Shown piece by piece: positions 51,304 to 62,300 of a DNA stretch of 64,000 nucleotides. This DNA comes from an uncultured Acidimicrobiia bacterium (GTDB lineage: Bacteria; Actinomycetota; Acidimicrobiia; Acidimicrobiales; AC-14). The notes beneath the pieces are model-generated. The model searched no databases. It saw only the letters and a program-made list of their open reading frames with translations, and was not told the DNA's origin. Made by a program: the position numbers and the translations under genes. Position 1 is the first letter of the stretch. The number at the start of each line of letters is the position of its first letter. The stretch is taken from positions 128,001 through 192,000 of the forward strand of contig CAWIIV010000014.1 in assembly GCA_963836205.1 (NCBI GenBank), given 5' to 3'.

Positions 51304-53429
51304 TCGGGAACTCCACCTTCCCCAACGACAGCCACAACCTCCAGCCCCTCGAAGGACCGGTGAACGACGTCGCCCTGCTGCGCGACGCGCTGACCGACCC
51401 CGCGGTCGGCCTGTTCGCACCGGGCGACGTGCGCATGGTGCCGGAGCGGACGATGACCGAGGTCCTCATCGAACTCGAGACGTTCTTCGCCTCCGCCGGC
51501 AAGGACGACCGGCTGTTGCTGTTCTACAGCGGCCACGGGCTGCTCACCCTCGACAACCAGCTGCTGCTCGCCACCAGGGACACCCGTACCGACGTGGCCC
51601 GCGCCACCGCCGTCAACGCGGCCGCCGTCAACGCCATGATCGACAGCTCGGCCGCGGGAACGACCATCATCCTGCTCGACTGCTGCTACAGCGGCGCCTT
51701 CAAGTCGGGGTCCATGCCCGACAGCCTCCGGGGCAGCGGTCGCTTCCTGCTCACGAGCAGCCGCAGCGGCCAGCTGGCCAACGACGCCGACCGCCGCAAC
51801 GGGACGAGCCTGTTCACCCAGCACGTGGTGGACGGGATCCTGGGCGCCACCGCCGACGGCGACGGCGACGGCTACGTCGGCCTCGACGATCTCTACGAGT
51901 ACGTGTACAGGCGGCTCCGGGACGAGGGCCGCCAGCTCCCGCAGCGGAGCTTCTCCGGCCACGGCGCCATCGCCATCGCCCGCCGCCCGCCGCCGGCGCC
52001 GGTAGCCCCGCTCGCGCCCGCCCCGTCACCCGAGTCCGCCCCGTCACCCGAGTCCGCCCCGTCACCCGAGTCCGCCCCGTCACCCGAGTCCGCCCCGTCA
52101 ACCGAGTCCGCCCCGTCCCCCGTGCCCGCCCCGTCACCCGAGTCCGCCCCGTCACGCGAGTCCGGGGCACCTGCCTTCGCGCCCACAGCCGTGCCACCCG
52201 CGCCCGCGCTCGCGACCGCAGCCCCGCCAGCTGCGCCCGCTCCGGCACCCGAGTCCCCACCGCCGACCTTGGCGACCGCGGCTGCCTCCACCCCGCCGCC
52301 TCCCACCGCACCGGATCCTCAGCCGGCCCGCCCCCCGGCAACCCCAACGCCGGTTTCAGGACCGCCGGCCCACCGCCGGCCGCCGGTGCGCGCGCCGGTC
52401 CTGGTCGTTGCCGCACTCATCGCGGTGGCGGTCGTCGCCCTGGTGATCTCCCGCCTCGGAGGCGGTGGTGGCGGTGGGCAGGACGACGCCAGCGCCTTCC
52501 TCTCGCCCGAGGGCATCGACCTCGACGGCTCCGGCGGGGCGTTCCTCGTCGACACCGGCCGGGCCACGGTGTATCGCCTGGTGCCGGGCACCGGTTCGTA
52601 CAGGTCGATCTTCGAGCCCGGAGCCATCGCCCGGCCGGCGGGCGGCGGCCCACCGGTGAGCGCCGCCCTGCAGGACCTCCACGCGGTCACCGTCGAGCCC
52701 ACCGGTGACGTCGTCTTCGCCGCCGACGGGCGGCTGTACCAGGGGTCGTCCGACGGGCAGCGACTGGAGTACCTGCCCATCGTCGTTCCCGGCCTCGACC
52801 GGCCGATCGTGCGGGGCCTGGACTTCGACGCCACCGGCCTGCTCGCCGCCGTCGGGCCCGACCTGGCCGGCAGCATTTACCACGTCGTGGCCGACGGCAC
52901 CTTCGAGCTCGTCGTCGGAACCGGCCAGCTCGGATTCTCCGGTGACGGCGGACCGGCCCGGGAGGCGCAGATCGCGGCCGCCGGCATCGCCTCCGACGGC
53001 GAGGGGGGCATCCTCATCGCCGACCAGGGCAACCACCGGGTGCGGCGGGTCGGTCCCGACGGGACGATCGAGACGGTCGTGGGCGACGGCACCGCCGCCT
53101 CAGTCGTGCAACCACTGTTCGGCGACGGTCGTCCCGCCCTCGAGGCCCGCCTCACCGCCCCCCGGAACCTGGCCGTCGACGACGCGGGCACGCTCTACGT
53201 GGCCGACGGCAACACGGTGCGGGTGATCTCGCCCGTCGGAGTCATCCAGACGCTCGCCGGCACCGGGATCCCGGGCCATTCCGGCGACGACGGCCTGGCC
53301 ACGGCGGCCCAGCTCGACACGGCCACCGGCATCATGGTCGACGGCCAGGGCGTCGTCTACGTGACCGAGACCGGGAGCGGACGTCTCCGCAAGGTCGATC
53401 GGGACGGCGTCATCGACACCGCCATGTGA
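51276..53429 (+). CDS. Caspase-family (peptidase C14) protease - Pro-rich linker - TM helix - NHL-repeat beta-propeller
   Basis: RALLIGNS, FYSGHG and LLDCCYSG (His-Cys dyad); TM VLVVAALIAVAVVALVI; NHL motifs GFSGDGGPA, IADQGNHRVRRV and GHSGDDGLA. Confidence 0.9.
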   Translation: MDPRYRALLIGNSTFPNDSHNLQPLEGPVNDVALLRDALTDPAVGLFAPGDVRMVPERTMTEVLIELETFFASAGKDDRLLLFYSGHGLLTLDNQLLLATRDTRTDVARATAVNAAAVNAMIDSSAAGTTIILLDCCYSGAFKSGSMPDSLRGSGRFLLTSSRSGQLANDADRRNGTSLFTQHVVDGILGATADGDGDGYVGLDDLYEYVYRRLRDEGRQLPQRSFSGHGAIAIARRPPPAPVAPLAPAPSPESAPSPESAPSPESAPSPESAPSTESAPSPVPAPSPESAPSRESGAPAFAPTAVPPAPALATAAPPAAPAPAPESPPPTLATAAASTPPPPTAPDPQPARPPATPTPVSGPPAHRRPPVRAPVLVVAALIAVAVVALVISRLGGGGGGGQDDASAFLSPEGIDLDGSGGAFLVDTGRATVYRLVPGTGSYRSIFEPGAIARPAGGGPPVSAALQDLHAVTVEPTGDVVFAADGRLYQGSSDGQRLEYLPIVVPGLDRPIVRGLDFDATGLLAAVGPDLAGSIYHVVADGTFELVVGTGQLGFSGDGGPAREAQIAAAGIASDGEGGILIADQGNHRVRRVGPDGTIETVVGDGTAASVVQPLFGDGRPALEARLTAPRNLAVDDAGTLYVADGNTVRVISPVGVIQTLAGTGIPGHSGDDGLATAAQLDTATGIMVDGQGVVYVTETGSGRLRKVDRDGVIDTAM
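52020..52163. repeat. 18-bp tandem repeat x8 (GCCCCGTCACCCGAGTCC; APSPES) in the caspase linker
   Basis: Five exact and three variant units read directly. Confidence 0.92.
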
Positions 53430-53444
53430 GCAGCGGGAGTTGGG

Positions 53445-54641
53445 CTACAGCCCCAGCGCGCTCTTCACGTTGTCGAGGCGACCGAGGTGCTCCCAGGTGA
53501 ACTCCTTGTCGCTCCGGCCGAAGTGGCCGTAGGCGGCCGTGCGCCGGTAGATGGGCTTGCGCAGGTCGAGGTCGCGGATGATGGCCGCCGGCCGGAGGTC
53601 GAACACCTCGTTGACCATGGCCGCGATCTTCAGCGGGTCGACGGTCTCGGTGCCGAACGTCTCGACCATGATCGACACCGGCCGGGCCACGCCGATGGCG
53701 TAGGCCACCTGGATCTCGCACTTGCGGGCGGCGCCGGCGGCCACGATGTGCTTGGCCACCCAGCGGGCGGCGTAGGCGGCCGAGCGGTCGACCTTCGACG
53801 GGTCCTTGCCCGAGAAGGCCCCGCCGCCGTGGCGGGCGGCGCCGCCATAGGTGTCGACGATGATCTTGCGCCCGGTGAGGCCGGTGTCGGCGTGGGGGCC
53901 ACCGAGCACGAAGCTGCCGGTGGGGTTGGCCATCAGCTGGTACTTGTCGTGGGCGAACTGCTCGGGCAGCAGGGGATTGATGACGTGCTCCCGCAGGTCG
54001 GGCTTGAGCAGGGTCTCGATGTCGAGGCCGGGCTGGTGCTGGCTGGAGATGAGCACCGTCTTGAGCCGCACCGGACGGCCGTTCTCGTACTCGAACGTGA
54101 CCTGGGTCTTGCCGTCGGGCCGGAGGTAGGGCAGCACGCCCGCCTTGCGCACCTCGGACAGCCGCTGGGCCAGGCGGTGGGCCAGCCAGATGGGCAGGGG
54201 CATGAGGTCTTCGGTCTCGTCGCAGGCGAAGCCGAACATCATCCCCTGGTCACCGGCGCCCTGGGAGCTGATCTGGTCCTCGCCGCTGGTGCCCCGCCGC
54301 ACCTCGTAGGCGGTGGTGACGCCCTGGCTGATGTCGGGAGACTGCTCGTCGATGGCGGTGATGACCCCGCACGTGTTGCCGTCGAAGCCGTAGGACTCCC
54401 GGTCGTAGCCGATCCCACACACCGTCTGGCGCACGATCTTGGGGATGTCGACGTAGGCCCGGGTGGTGATCTCGCCGGCGACGACCACCAGCCCGGTGGT
54501 GAGCAGCGTCTCGCACGCGACCCGCCCGGTGGGGTCCTCGGTGAGGATGGCGTCGAGGATGGCGTCGGAGATCTGGTCGGCCATCTTGTCGGGATGACCT
54601 TCGGTGACCGACTCCGAGGTGAACGTGTAATTGCTGCTCAT
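53445..54641 (-). CDS. metK: S-adenosylmethionine synthetase
   Basis: [28 protein letters not shown]. Confidence 0.98.
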   Translation of the reverse strand: MSSNYTFTSESVTEGHPDKMADQISDAILDAILTEDPTGRVACETLLTTGLVVVAGEITTRAYVDIPKIVRQTVCGIGYDRESYGFDGNTCGVITAIDEQSPDISQGVTTAYEVRRGTSGEDQISSQGAGDQGMMFGFACDETEDLMPLPIWLAHRLAQRLSEVRKAGVLPYLRPDGKTQVTFEYENGRPVRLKTVLISSQHQPGLDIETLLKPDLREHVINPLLPEQFAHDKYQLMANPTGSFVLGGPHADTGLTGRKIIVDTYGGAARHGGGAFSGKDPSKVDRSAAYAARWVAKHIVAAGAARKCEIQVAYAIGVARPVSIMVETFGTETVDPLKIAAMVNEVFDLRPAAIIRDLDLRKPIYRRTAAYGHFGRSDKEFTWEHLGRLDNVKSALGL

Positions 54642-54653
54642 GGGTGGAGAAGG

Positions 54654-55909
54654 CTACTCAACCGTCGGCCGGCCACCGAGACGGCGGGCGATCATGTCGA
54701 CGACGGCCGCGGCCACGTCCCGTTTGGATGCGAGGGGCACGTCGGTCTCGGCCACTCCGCCGGCGCCGTCGTCCTCCAGGATCACGGCCGCATTGGTGTC
54801 GTGGCCGAAGCCGGCGCCGGGGGCGGTGACGTCGTTGGCCACGATGGCGTCGACGCCCTTGGCGGCCAGCTTCTCCCGGGCCCGGGGCCGGGGGTCGCCG
54901 GTCTCGGCCGCGAAGCCGACGAGGACCTGGCCCGGCCGCCGGGCCCGGCCGAGGGCGGCCAGGATGTCGGTGGTGGGCTCGAGGACGATGTCGGGGACAC
55001 CCTCGTCCTTGCGCAGCTTGGCGTCGGCCACCGCCTTGGGCCGGAAGTCGGCCACCGCCGCCGCCATGACGACCACGTCGGCCGACGGGGCCCGGGCCAG
55101 GACCTCGGCCTCCATCTCGGCCGCCGTCTCCACCACCACCACGTCGATGCCGGGCGGGGCCGCGCGGTCGCGGGCCGCCGTCACCAGCACCACCGACGCC
55201 CCCCGGGACGCGGCCTCGACCGCGACCGCCTCCCCCTGCTTGCCCGACGAGCGGTTGCCCAGGTAGCGGACCGGGTCGATGGGCTCGCGGGTGCCGCCGG
55301 CCGTGACCAGGAACCGGCTTCCGGCCAGGTCGGGGGGGACGACCGCCGATGGTCGGCGAGGGCGGCGAGGGCGGCGGCTACCGCCTCCAGGATGCGCGCG
55401 GGGTCGGGCAGGCGGCCGGCACCCTCGTCGCCCCCGGCCAGGCGACCCACGCCGGGGTCGACCACCTGGACGCCACGGCTCCGCAGCACAGCCACGTTGG
55501 CCCGGGTGGCGGGGTGCTCCCACATCTCGGTGTGCATGGCCGGGCACACCACGACGGGCGCGGTGGTGGCGAGCAGGACGTTGGTGAGCAGGTCGTCGGC
55601 GATGCCGGCGGCGTAGGCGCCGAGGAAGCGGGCGGTGGCCGGAGCCACCAGCACGACGTCGACCGAGCGGGCCAGGGCGATGTGGGGTACGGCCTCGCCG
55701 TCGTCGGAGGTCCACAGCGACGTGCGCACCCGCTCCGACGCCAGGGCCGACAGGGTGACGGCACCGACGAAGCGCTCGGCGTCGGCGGTCATCACCGGCA
55801 CCACGTGGGCTCCGGCGTCGACCAACCGCCGGCACACCTCCACCGCCTTGTAGGCCGCGATCGACCCGCACACCCCGAGGAGGACGCGGGCGCCGGCGAC
55901 CTCGACCAT
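54654..55909 (-). CDS. coaBC: Bifunctional CoaBC (frameshift ~55340)
   Basis: GSIAAYKA and PAMHTEMW in one frame; TAGGTREPIDPVRYLGNRSSGKQG and GFAAET in another. Confidence 0.94.
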
Positions 55910-55915
55910 CGCGGG

Positions 55916-56194
55916 TTACGCCTCGGGGGCTTCCTCGCCCTCGACCGGCTCCTCGATGCGGACGAACGTGATCTTGTTGGCCGCGATCTCCTCCAGGGCG
56001 ATGGTGAGGGGCTTGCGGGAGACGGAGGCCACCTGGGGGGGGACGATGGCGCCCAGGCCCTCGCCCAGCTGGCTGAAGTAGGAGTTGATCTGCCGGCCCC
56101 GCTTGGCGGCCAGGCTGACCAGGCTGAACTTGGAGTCGACCTTGTCGAGCAGGTCCTCGATCGGGGGGTGGATCATGCTGGCGCGCTCGGACAT
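55916..56194 (-). CDS. rpoZ: RNA polymerase omega subunit
   Basis: [35 protein letters not shown]. Confidence 0.95.
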   Translation of the reverse strand: MSERASMIHPPIEDLLDKVDSKFSLVSLAAKRGRQINSYFSQLGEGLGAIVPPQVASVSRKPLTIALEEIAANKITFVRIEEPVEGEEAPEA

Positions 56195-56246
56195 GCTTGA
56201 CTCCTGGCTCACTGGGGTGGTGGCGGCGAAAAGGCTGGCCCAGAGG

Positions 56247-56789
56247 TCACGATCGCCGCGACCGATGCCATTCCACGATACCAGCCGCCTCCTCGGTGGC
56301 CCGGCCAAGGTCGTCGTTGACGATCACGTGGTCGGCCACCGCCAGGCACGCCTCCTCTTCGGCGTCGGCCAGGGCCAGGCGGCGGGCGATCACGGCCTCG
56401 TCGTCGCCCCGTTTGCGCAGCCGTTCCTCCTGGGTCGCCCGCGACGGCGCCCGCACGCAGAGCACGACCGCGTCGGGACGCAGCCCCTTGACCTGGGCCG
56501 CGCCCTGCACGTCGATCTCGAGGAGCAGGTCGGTCCCCGGGGGCGGGGCGGGCACGGGCGTGCCGTAGAGGTTGCCGAACACCTCGGCCCACTCCAGGAA
56601 CCGTCCCCGTTCGCGCTCGGCGTCGAAGGTGGCCCGGTCGACGAAAACGTAGGCGTCGGGGGCGTCGGAACCCCGGCGGGCCCGCGTGGTCCACGACCGG
56701 CTCAGCCACAGCCCGGGCACTCCCGCCATCAGTCCTGCGGCCACCGCCCCCTTGCCCACGCCGGACGGGCCGACGATGACGAAGATCAG
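56247..56789 (-). CDS. gmk: Guanylate kinase (start uncertain)
   Basis: [36 protein letters not shown]. Confidence 0.93.
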   Translation of the reverse strand: MIFVIVGPSGVGKGAVAAGLMAGVPGLWLSRSWTTRARRGSDAPDAYVFVDRATFDAERERGRFLEWAEVFGNLYGTPVPAPPPGTDLLLEIDVQGAAQVKGLRPDAVVLCVRAPSRATQEERLRKRGDDEAVIARRLALADAEEEACLAVADHVIVNDDLGRATEEAAGIVEWHRSRRS

Positions 56790-56841
56790 GGAGCCGGGCG
56801 CGTCCGGGGCCGCAGATGCCGTTGTCTCGGGAGCCGTCGTC

Positions 56842-57165
56842 TCAGGTGTTGGACGGGAACTGCTTGAGCAGCGCTTCCCGCTGCTGGGCGCCCAGGCCGC
56901 GCACCCGGCGGGCCTCGCTGATACGGATCTCGTCCATCAGGCGGCGGGCCCGCACCTTGCCCACGCCGGGGAGCGACTCCAGCACCGTGAGGACCTTCAT
57001 CTTCCCGACGACCTCGTCGTTCTCACCCTGCTCGATCAGTTCCTTCAAGGTGAGCGAACCCATCTTGAGCTTGTCCTTCAGCTCGGCGCGCTGACGCCGC
57101 GCGGCTGCGGCCTTGTCGAGCGCCTTCTGGCGAGCCTCGGGTGACAAAGGAGGGGGCAGCGGCAT
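56842..57165 (-). CDS. mihF: Actinobacterial integration host factor
   Basis: ALDKAAAARRQRAELK..LESLPGVGKVRA..RRVRGLG. Confidence 0.95.
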   Translation of the reverse strand: MPLPPPLSPEARQKALDKAAAARRQRAELKDKLKMGSLTLKELIEQGENDEVVGKMKVLTVLESLPGVGKVRARRLMDEIRISEARRVRGLGAQQREALLKQFPSNT

Positions 57166-57240
57166 GGGCCGAACCCTAGCGCGACCAGCCCGAGCGCTGC
57201 CGGGGCGCGACCGCGGCCCCCCCAAGGGGGCCGGGGCCGC

Positions 57241-57756
57241 TCAGCAGTTGGCGGAGGAGGCGCCGCTGCCGAGGATGGGCCGGCCGTAGCGGGCGGCCCA
57301 GATACCCCTCGGGTCCTCGTCGGCGACGGGCAGCCGCCAGGTCTGGATCTCGGGGGTACCCAGGCGAAAGGGGATGGAGACGAGTGCCCGCCGGACGTGG
57401 ATGGTGGACGCCAGGTAGGGGTCGACCTCGTCCTCGTCCCAATACCGAAGGCACAGTGTGCGGTAGGTGTCGCGCCAGGCCGCGTCGTCGCCCGGCCGGT
57501 GGAGCATCTCCGCGTCGGTGGACACCACCACCTTGCGGTAGGGGAGCACGTCCTCGTCGACGACCGCGCACACGCTCGGGTTGGTCTCCAGGTGGGACAG
57601 CCAGGCGGCCTGGGACCGGGGAGTGATGAGCAGCGCCCCCTCGACCGGCAGGAACCAGAGCGGGACGACGTGGGGACGGTGGTCGGGGTCGACCGTCGCC
57701 AGCCGAACGAGGTGACGGCGTTCGCCGAGGAACGCCAGCGTCTCGGTCGGGCTCAT
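57241..57756 (-). CDS. Pyridoxamine 5'-phosphate oxidase-like (split-barrel flavin/F420-binding) protein
   Basis: RLATVDPDHRPHVVPLWF..HLETNPSVCAVVD. Confidence 0.8.
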   Translation of the reverse strand: MSPTETLAFLGERRHLVRLATVDPDHRPHVVPLWFLPVEGALLITPRSQAAWLSHLETNPSVCAVVDEDVLPYRKVVVSTDAEMLHRPGDDAAWRDTYRTLCLRYWDEDEVDPYLASTIHVRRALVSIPFRLGTPEIQTWRLPVADEDPRGIWAARYGRPILGSGASSANC

Positions 57757-57776
57757 CACCGGCACGTCGGACGAAC

Positions 57777-58037
57777 CTAGTCTCCGCCCTCGCCGTGCCT
57801 GGCCTCCACCTGGCGCTCCACCAGGGTGACGATGTCGCCGTACGTCCGGACGGCGGACACCAGCCGGTCGGGCAGGGCGATGTCGAACTCGTCCTCCAGC
57901 ACCATGGTGAGCTCGATGGCGTCGAGGGAGTCGACGCACAGGTCCTCCCCCAGGCGGGCGCCGGGCAGCAGCCGTCGGGGGTCGACGTCGAGGTGGGCGG
58001 CCGCCACCTTGCGCAACTGGACCTCGATGTCGCTCAT
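57777..58037 (-). CDS. Acyl carrier protein
   Basis: DLCVDSLDAIELTMVLEDEFDI with the phosphopantetheine Ser. Confidence 0.9.
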   Translation of the reverse strand: MSDIEVQLRKVAAAHLDVDPRRLLPGARLGEDLCVDSLDAIELTMVLEDEFDIALPDRLVSAVRTYGDIVTLVERQVEARHGEGGD

Positions 58038-59752
58038 CGGGCCGCTCGATCCGGTTCCCGTCGTGCGCCCAACTCCGTGGTGTTCCCCAACTCCGTTTTC
58101 ATGGTCTCCCTCAGGGCCTTCTTGTCGATCTTGCCGGTGCGGTTGCGGGGGATCACGTCGACGACCCGGACGTGGCGGGGCACGGCGTAGTCGGCCATGT
58201 GGCCGGCCACCCATGTCTGGACGTCGGCGACCTCGACCGCCCGCCCGGTGGCGGGCACGACGTAGGCCGCCACCGACTCGTAGGCCAACCGGTCGGGCAC
58301 CCCGAACACGGCCGCCTCGGCGATGTCGGGGTGGCTGACCAGCAGGTATTCGAGCTCGACGGAGTACACCTTGTTGCCTCCCCGCATGATCATGTCCTTC
58401 TTGCGGTCGAGGATGAAGACGTAGCCCTCGTCGTCGAGCCGGGCGTAGTCGCCGGTGTGCAGCCAGCCGTCGGTGATCGCGTCCCCGGTGGCGACGGGGT
58501 CGCCGAAGTAGCCGGGCGTCACCATCGGCCCCCGCACCCACAGCTCCCCCGGCTCACCGGGGGGGACGTCGCAACCGTCGTCGTCGACCACCCGGACCTC
58601 GGCGCACGGCACCGGCCGGCCCACCGAGCCCGGCTTCCGGCGGAACTCGGAGTCGAGGAGGATGGTGGCCGGGGAGTGGGTCTCGGTGAGCCCGTAGGCG
58701 TCGTAGAGCCGGAGTTGGGGCATCCGCCGGCGGAGGGCGGCGACGGTGGAGAGGGGCACCGGCGAGCCGCCGAAGGCGCCGATCTCGACGTGGGCCAGGG
58801 CGGGCCAGGTGAAGTCGGGATCGCGCAGGAGGAGGGGCCAGATGGAGGGGACGACCATCAGATAGGTGATACGGCGCCGACCGATGAGGCGGACGAACTC
58901 GGCGGGCACGACCTCGGCCACCGTCACCGACGTTCCCCCCACCAGCATCATCGGCGTGACCTGGGCCACGTGGCCGGTGACGTAGTAGAGCGGGAACACG
59001 ATGGCGGTGCGGTCGCCGGCGGTGAGGGCGAGGATTCGCACGTAGGCGATGGCCGAGTGCATGGTGCCCCGGTGCACGACCTGGCTGGCCTTCGGCCGGC
59101 CGGTGGTGCCGGACGTGTAGATGACGGCGTAGGTGGCGTCTTCGTCGGGGAAGGGCACCGTCCTCGCCCCGCCACGGGCGGCGGCGCCCGGTGAGGTGGT
59201 CGCCGACCGACCGCACCCGGTCGGCGGCCAGTCCCGCCTCCGCCGCCGCCTCCCGCAGGCCGTCGGCGAACTCGGGGTGGGCGAGGGCGAGGGTCGCTCC
59301 CGAGTGGGAGAGCATGTACGCCCATTGGGTCGGCGACAGCCGGGTCGACAGGCCGACGAAGACGAGTCCGGCCCGGGCGCAGGCCCAGATGGCGACCACG
59401 ATGTCGAGGCCGTTGCGAAGGGCGACGGCCAGCCGGTCGCCCGCCACCAGCCCCTCCTCGGCCAGGCGCTCGGCCGCCCCCTCCACCAGCTGGGCCAGCT
59501 CGGCGTAGGTGACGTCGCCCTCGGGGGTCTCGAGGGCCACCGCGTCGGGGTGGAGGCGGACGGCCCGGTCGAGGGCCTCGACGATGGTGCGCACGCGGTC
59601 GGGATAGCAGCGCACCTGGGTGCCCAGCCAGGGCTCGAGCGCCAGGCCGTCGGGGTTCAGGTGGTCGGAATCGGGGCCGTCGGGGCTGGGTCTTGGGGGC
59701 TGGGTCCTTGGGGGCTGGGTCCTTGGGGGCTGGGTCCGTCGGGGCTCAGCAC
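58034..59752 (-). CDS. Class I adenylate-forming (acyl-CoA/ACP ligase) enzyme, apparent frameshifts ~59160 and ~59692
   Basis: YTSGTTGRPK, YGLTE, GWLHTGD, RKKDMI and PRNRTGK; the N-terminal part is in another frame. Confidence 0.85.
59682..59737. repeat. 15-bp tandem repeat (GPSPQ) at the ligase N-terminus
   Basis: GGGGGCTGGGTCCTT units; one unit lacks a base. Confidence 0.8.
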
Positions 59753-60081
59753 GGGTCGTCGGCGGGCGGGGCCTCCGACACCGCCCCCGACGCGCCGACG
59801 AGCCGGCCGACCCGCCGGTGCAGCTCCTGGAGCCCGTCGCGGTCGGCTGCGTAGCAGCTGAAGTTGCCCCGCCGGCTCTTGGTGACGAGGCCGGCCTTGA
59901 GCAGCACCGACAGGTGGTAGCCGGCCAGGGGCTGCGACATCCCCACTGCCTGGGCCAGGTAACCGGCGCTGCGGGGGCCGCGGCGCAGGTGGCGAAGCAT
60001 GAGCATGCGGTGGGGCTCGGCGATGACGGCGAGGTCCTCCGAGAGTCGTTCGGCTTCGTTCTGGGTCACGGCGGTCACCAT
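59746..60081 (-). CDS. ArsR/SmtB family transcriptional regulator
   Basis: AEPHRMLML..GMSQPLAGYHLSVL..GLV..RRG winged-helix pattern. Confidence 0.88.
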   Translation of the reverse strand: MVTAVTQNEAERLSEDLAVIAEPHRMLMLRHLRRGPRSAGYLAQAVGMSQPLAGYHLSVLLKAGLVTKSRRGNFSCYAADRDGLQELHRRVGRLVGASGAVSEAPPADDPC

Positions 60082-60112
60082 GGCCGAGACTGTACGGGCG
60101 GGGCCGGGTCTG

Positions 60113-60130
60113 TATCAAGAGAAACTGATA
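60113..60130. promoter_or_regulatory. Putative ArsR-type operator between divergent genes
   Basis: TATCAA-GAGAAA-CTGATA resembles ATCAA-N6-TTGAT. Confidence 0.55.
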
Positions 60131-60144
60131 TCGTCCCCGCGCCC

Positions 60145-61035
60145 ATGGAACTGTTCCTCACCGTCTGTGTGACGAGCCTGACCCTGGGCCTGCTCTACTC
60201 CCTCTTCGCCCTCGGCCTCAGCCTCGTCCTGCGGACGTCGGGCCAGCTCAACCTGGCCCACGGTGACTCGCTCATGCTGGCCACCTACGTCGGTCTGGGG
60301 ATGTCGTCGCTGGCCGGCGCCTCGGTGGTGGCCGTGACGGCCGCGGTGCTGGCCGCGGCCGCCTTCGGCACTGTCGCCCACCTGGCCGTCTACTCGCCGG
60401 TGGCGTCGCGTCGGCGGGCGGGGATGGCCGGGCTCGGGTTCCTTCCCGCCCTGGGCGTGGCCCTCGTCGTGCGCAACATCGCCGTCCGGGCCGACCCCGA
60501 GGGCGCCAGCCCCTTCCCCTCGCTCTTCGCCGGTGGCCCCACCAACCTCTTCGCCGACTACCGCCTGCCCGCCGCCGGCTGGTGGATCCTGGCCGCGGGC
60601 GTCCTTGTTCCGGTCGCGGTGGCGGTGGTGCTGCGGCGCACCGCGGTCGGGCACTGCATCCGGGCGGTGGCCGACGAGCCGGTGCTGGCCCGGCTCACGG
60701 GGCTGCCCGTCACCCGCACCCTGTCCGCCTCCTACGCCTTGGCGGGCATGGTGGGTGGGCTGGCCGGGGTGCTGTTCGCCTCCTTCTTCGGCCAGGTGTT
60801 CGTGGCCCTCGGCTGGCAGGCCACCCTCAAGGGCTTCGTGGCCGCGGTGCTGGGCGGGATGGGGTGGGTGCGGGGCGCCGTCCTCGGCGGACTCGCCCTG
60901 GGCACGGTGGAGAGCTTCGTGTCCGGCTACCTGTCCACCCGCTTCCGCGACGTGGCCACCTTCGCCCTGCTCATCGGCGTCCTCCTGCTGGTCCCCCGCG
61001 GGGTGCTGGCCGGCGGCCGCCTGCGCACCGTCTGA
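60145..61035 (+). CDS. Branched-chain amino acid-type ABC permease (LivH-like)
   Basis: ALGLSLV..LNLAHG, RAVAD, KGFVAAVLGG, PRG. Confidence 0.9.
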   Translation: MELFLTVCVTSLTLGLLYSLFALGLSLVLRTSGQLNLAHGDSLMLATYVGLGMSSLAGASVVAVTAAVLAAAAFGTVAHLAVYSPVASRRRAGMAGLGFLPALGVALVVRNIAVRADPEGASPFPSLFAGGPTNLFADYRLPAAGWWILAAGVLVPVAVAVVLRRTAVGHCIRAVADEPVLARLTGLPVTRTLSASYALAGMVGGLAGVLFASFFGQVFVALGWQATLKGFVAAVLGGMGWVRGAVLGGLALGTVESFVSGYLSTRFRDVATFALLIGVLLLVPRGVLAGGRLRTV

Positions 61036-61073
61036 CCTCGCCCATCCCGAAGCGCATCGAAAGGACACCCATC

Positions 61074-62300
61074 GTGAAGAGGTGGCGGCTGGGACTCCCG
61101 GCGCTGGCGTTGGTCCTGGCCCTGGTGGCGGGCGCGTGTGGCGACGACGCGGACTCGCCTGCGCTCGGCGGTGGCGAGACCAAGACCGTCACCATCGCCC
61201 TCGGCGGCCCGTTCTCGGGATCGTCCAAGCCCACCGGCGACAAGATCCGTGACGGGGCCGAGCTGGCGGCGGAGGAGGTCAACGGCGCCGGGGGCATCGC
61301 CGGCGGGCCCCTCAAGGGCGCCACCATCGTGTTCAAGGAGTTCGACGACGCCGGTGTGCCCGCCAACGGGGCCGGCAACATGCGCACCATCATCGACGAC
61401 GAGGACGTGGTCGCCTTCGTCGGGTCGGGCATCTCCGACGTCTCGGTGGCCATGGCCCCCACCGCCAGCCGGGAAGCGTTCCCGTACCTGTCCGCCTACG
61501 CCTCGTCGCCCAAGATCCTGGAGGCGGCCAAGGACGCCAAGTCGATCTTCGTGGTGCCCCCGACGTTTCCCGCCTACTCCTTCTCCGTCACCGACGAGCT
61601 GCTCAAGGCGGGGCACACCCGGCCCGGCATCATCAACCTCACCGGCACCTACGGCGACGGCGTGGCCGATCTGGTGGTGGAGCGGCTGAAGGAGAAGGGG
61701 ATCGACCCGGTGGCCAAGGAGTCGTTCACCTCGTCCGACACCGACCTCCGGGTGCAGCTGGCCAGGATCAAGGACGCCAACCCCGACTCCCTGGTGATGG
61801 TGGGCCTGGCCAACCTCGACGCTCTCATCGTCACCCAGGCCGACGAGCTCGGGCTGAAGGTACCCATCTTCGACCCGGGCGGCATCACCAACAACGACAC
61901 GTTCCTCACCACAGCGGGGCCGCTGGCCAACGGCGTTGTCGGCAACACCCCCACCCTGGCCAGCCGGGACACGCCCGCCACCACATCCCTGCGCGACCGG
62001 TACCTGGCCCTCACCGGCCAGTCGGTGATCCCCGACCCGGCCGTGTTCTCCTACGAGGGGGTGCGGGCGGTGGCCGCCGCCTTCGCCGCCGGCGCCTCCG
62101 GCCGAGCCGACCTGCCGCAGTACCTGCGAAAGATCTCCATCGCCGACACGGGTGTGGGCGCGCTCGCCTTCGGTCCGGACGGCTCCCGCATCGGCGGACG
62201 GCTGTACGTCTTCAAGATCGTCGGCGGCAAGCCCGAGTTCTTCACCGGCTACGAGCAGACGGGGCCGCGAGCGGTCAAGGAGATCGCGCTCGGAGGTTGA
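61074..62300 (+). CDS. LivK-like ABC substrate-binding lipoprotein
   Basis: Lipobox AGAC, GPFSG, GAELAAEEVN..GGI. Confidence 0.88.
   Translation: MKRWRLGLPALALVLALVAGACGDDADSPALGGGETKTVTIALGGPFSGSSKPTGDKIRDGAELAAEEVNGAGGIAGGPLKGATIVFKEFDDAGVPANGAGNMRTIIDDEDVVAFVGSGISDVSVAMAPTASREAFPYLSAYASSPKILEAAKDAKSIFVVPPTFPAYSFSVTDELLKAGHTRPGIINLTGTYGDGVADLVVERLKEKGIDPVAKESFTSSDTDLRVQLARIKDANPDSLVMVGLANLDALIVTQADELGLKVPIFDPGGITNNDTFLTTAGPLANGVVGNTPTLASRDTPATTSLRDRYLALTGQSVIPDPAVFSYEGVRAVAAAFAAGASGRADLPQYLRKISIADTGVGALAFGPDGSRIGGRLYVFKIVGGKPEFFTGYEQTGPRAVKEIALGG

Noticed and set aside
52020-52163. Possible CRISPR array
   Set aside because: Head-to-tail coding repeat with no spacers.
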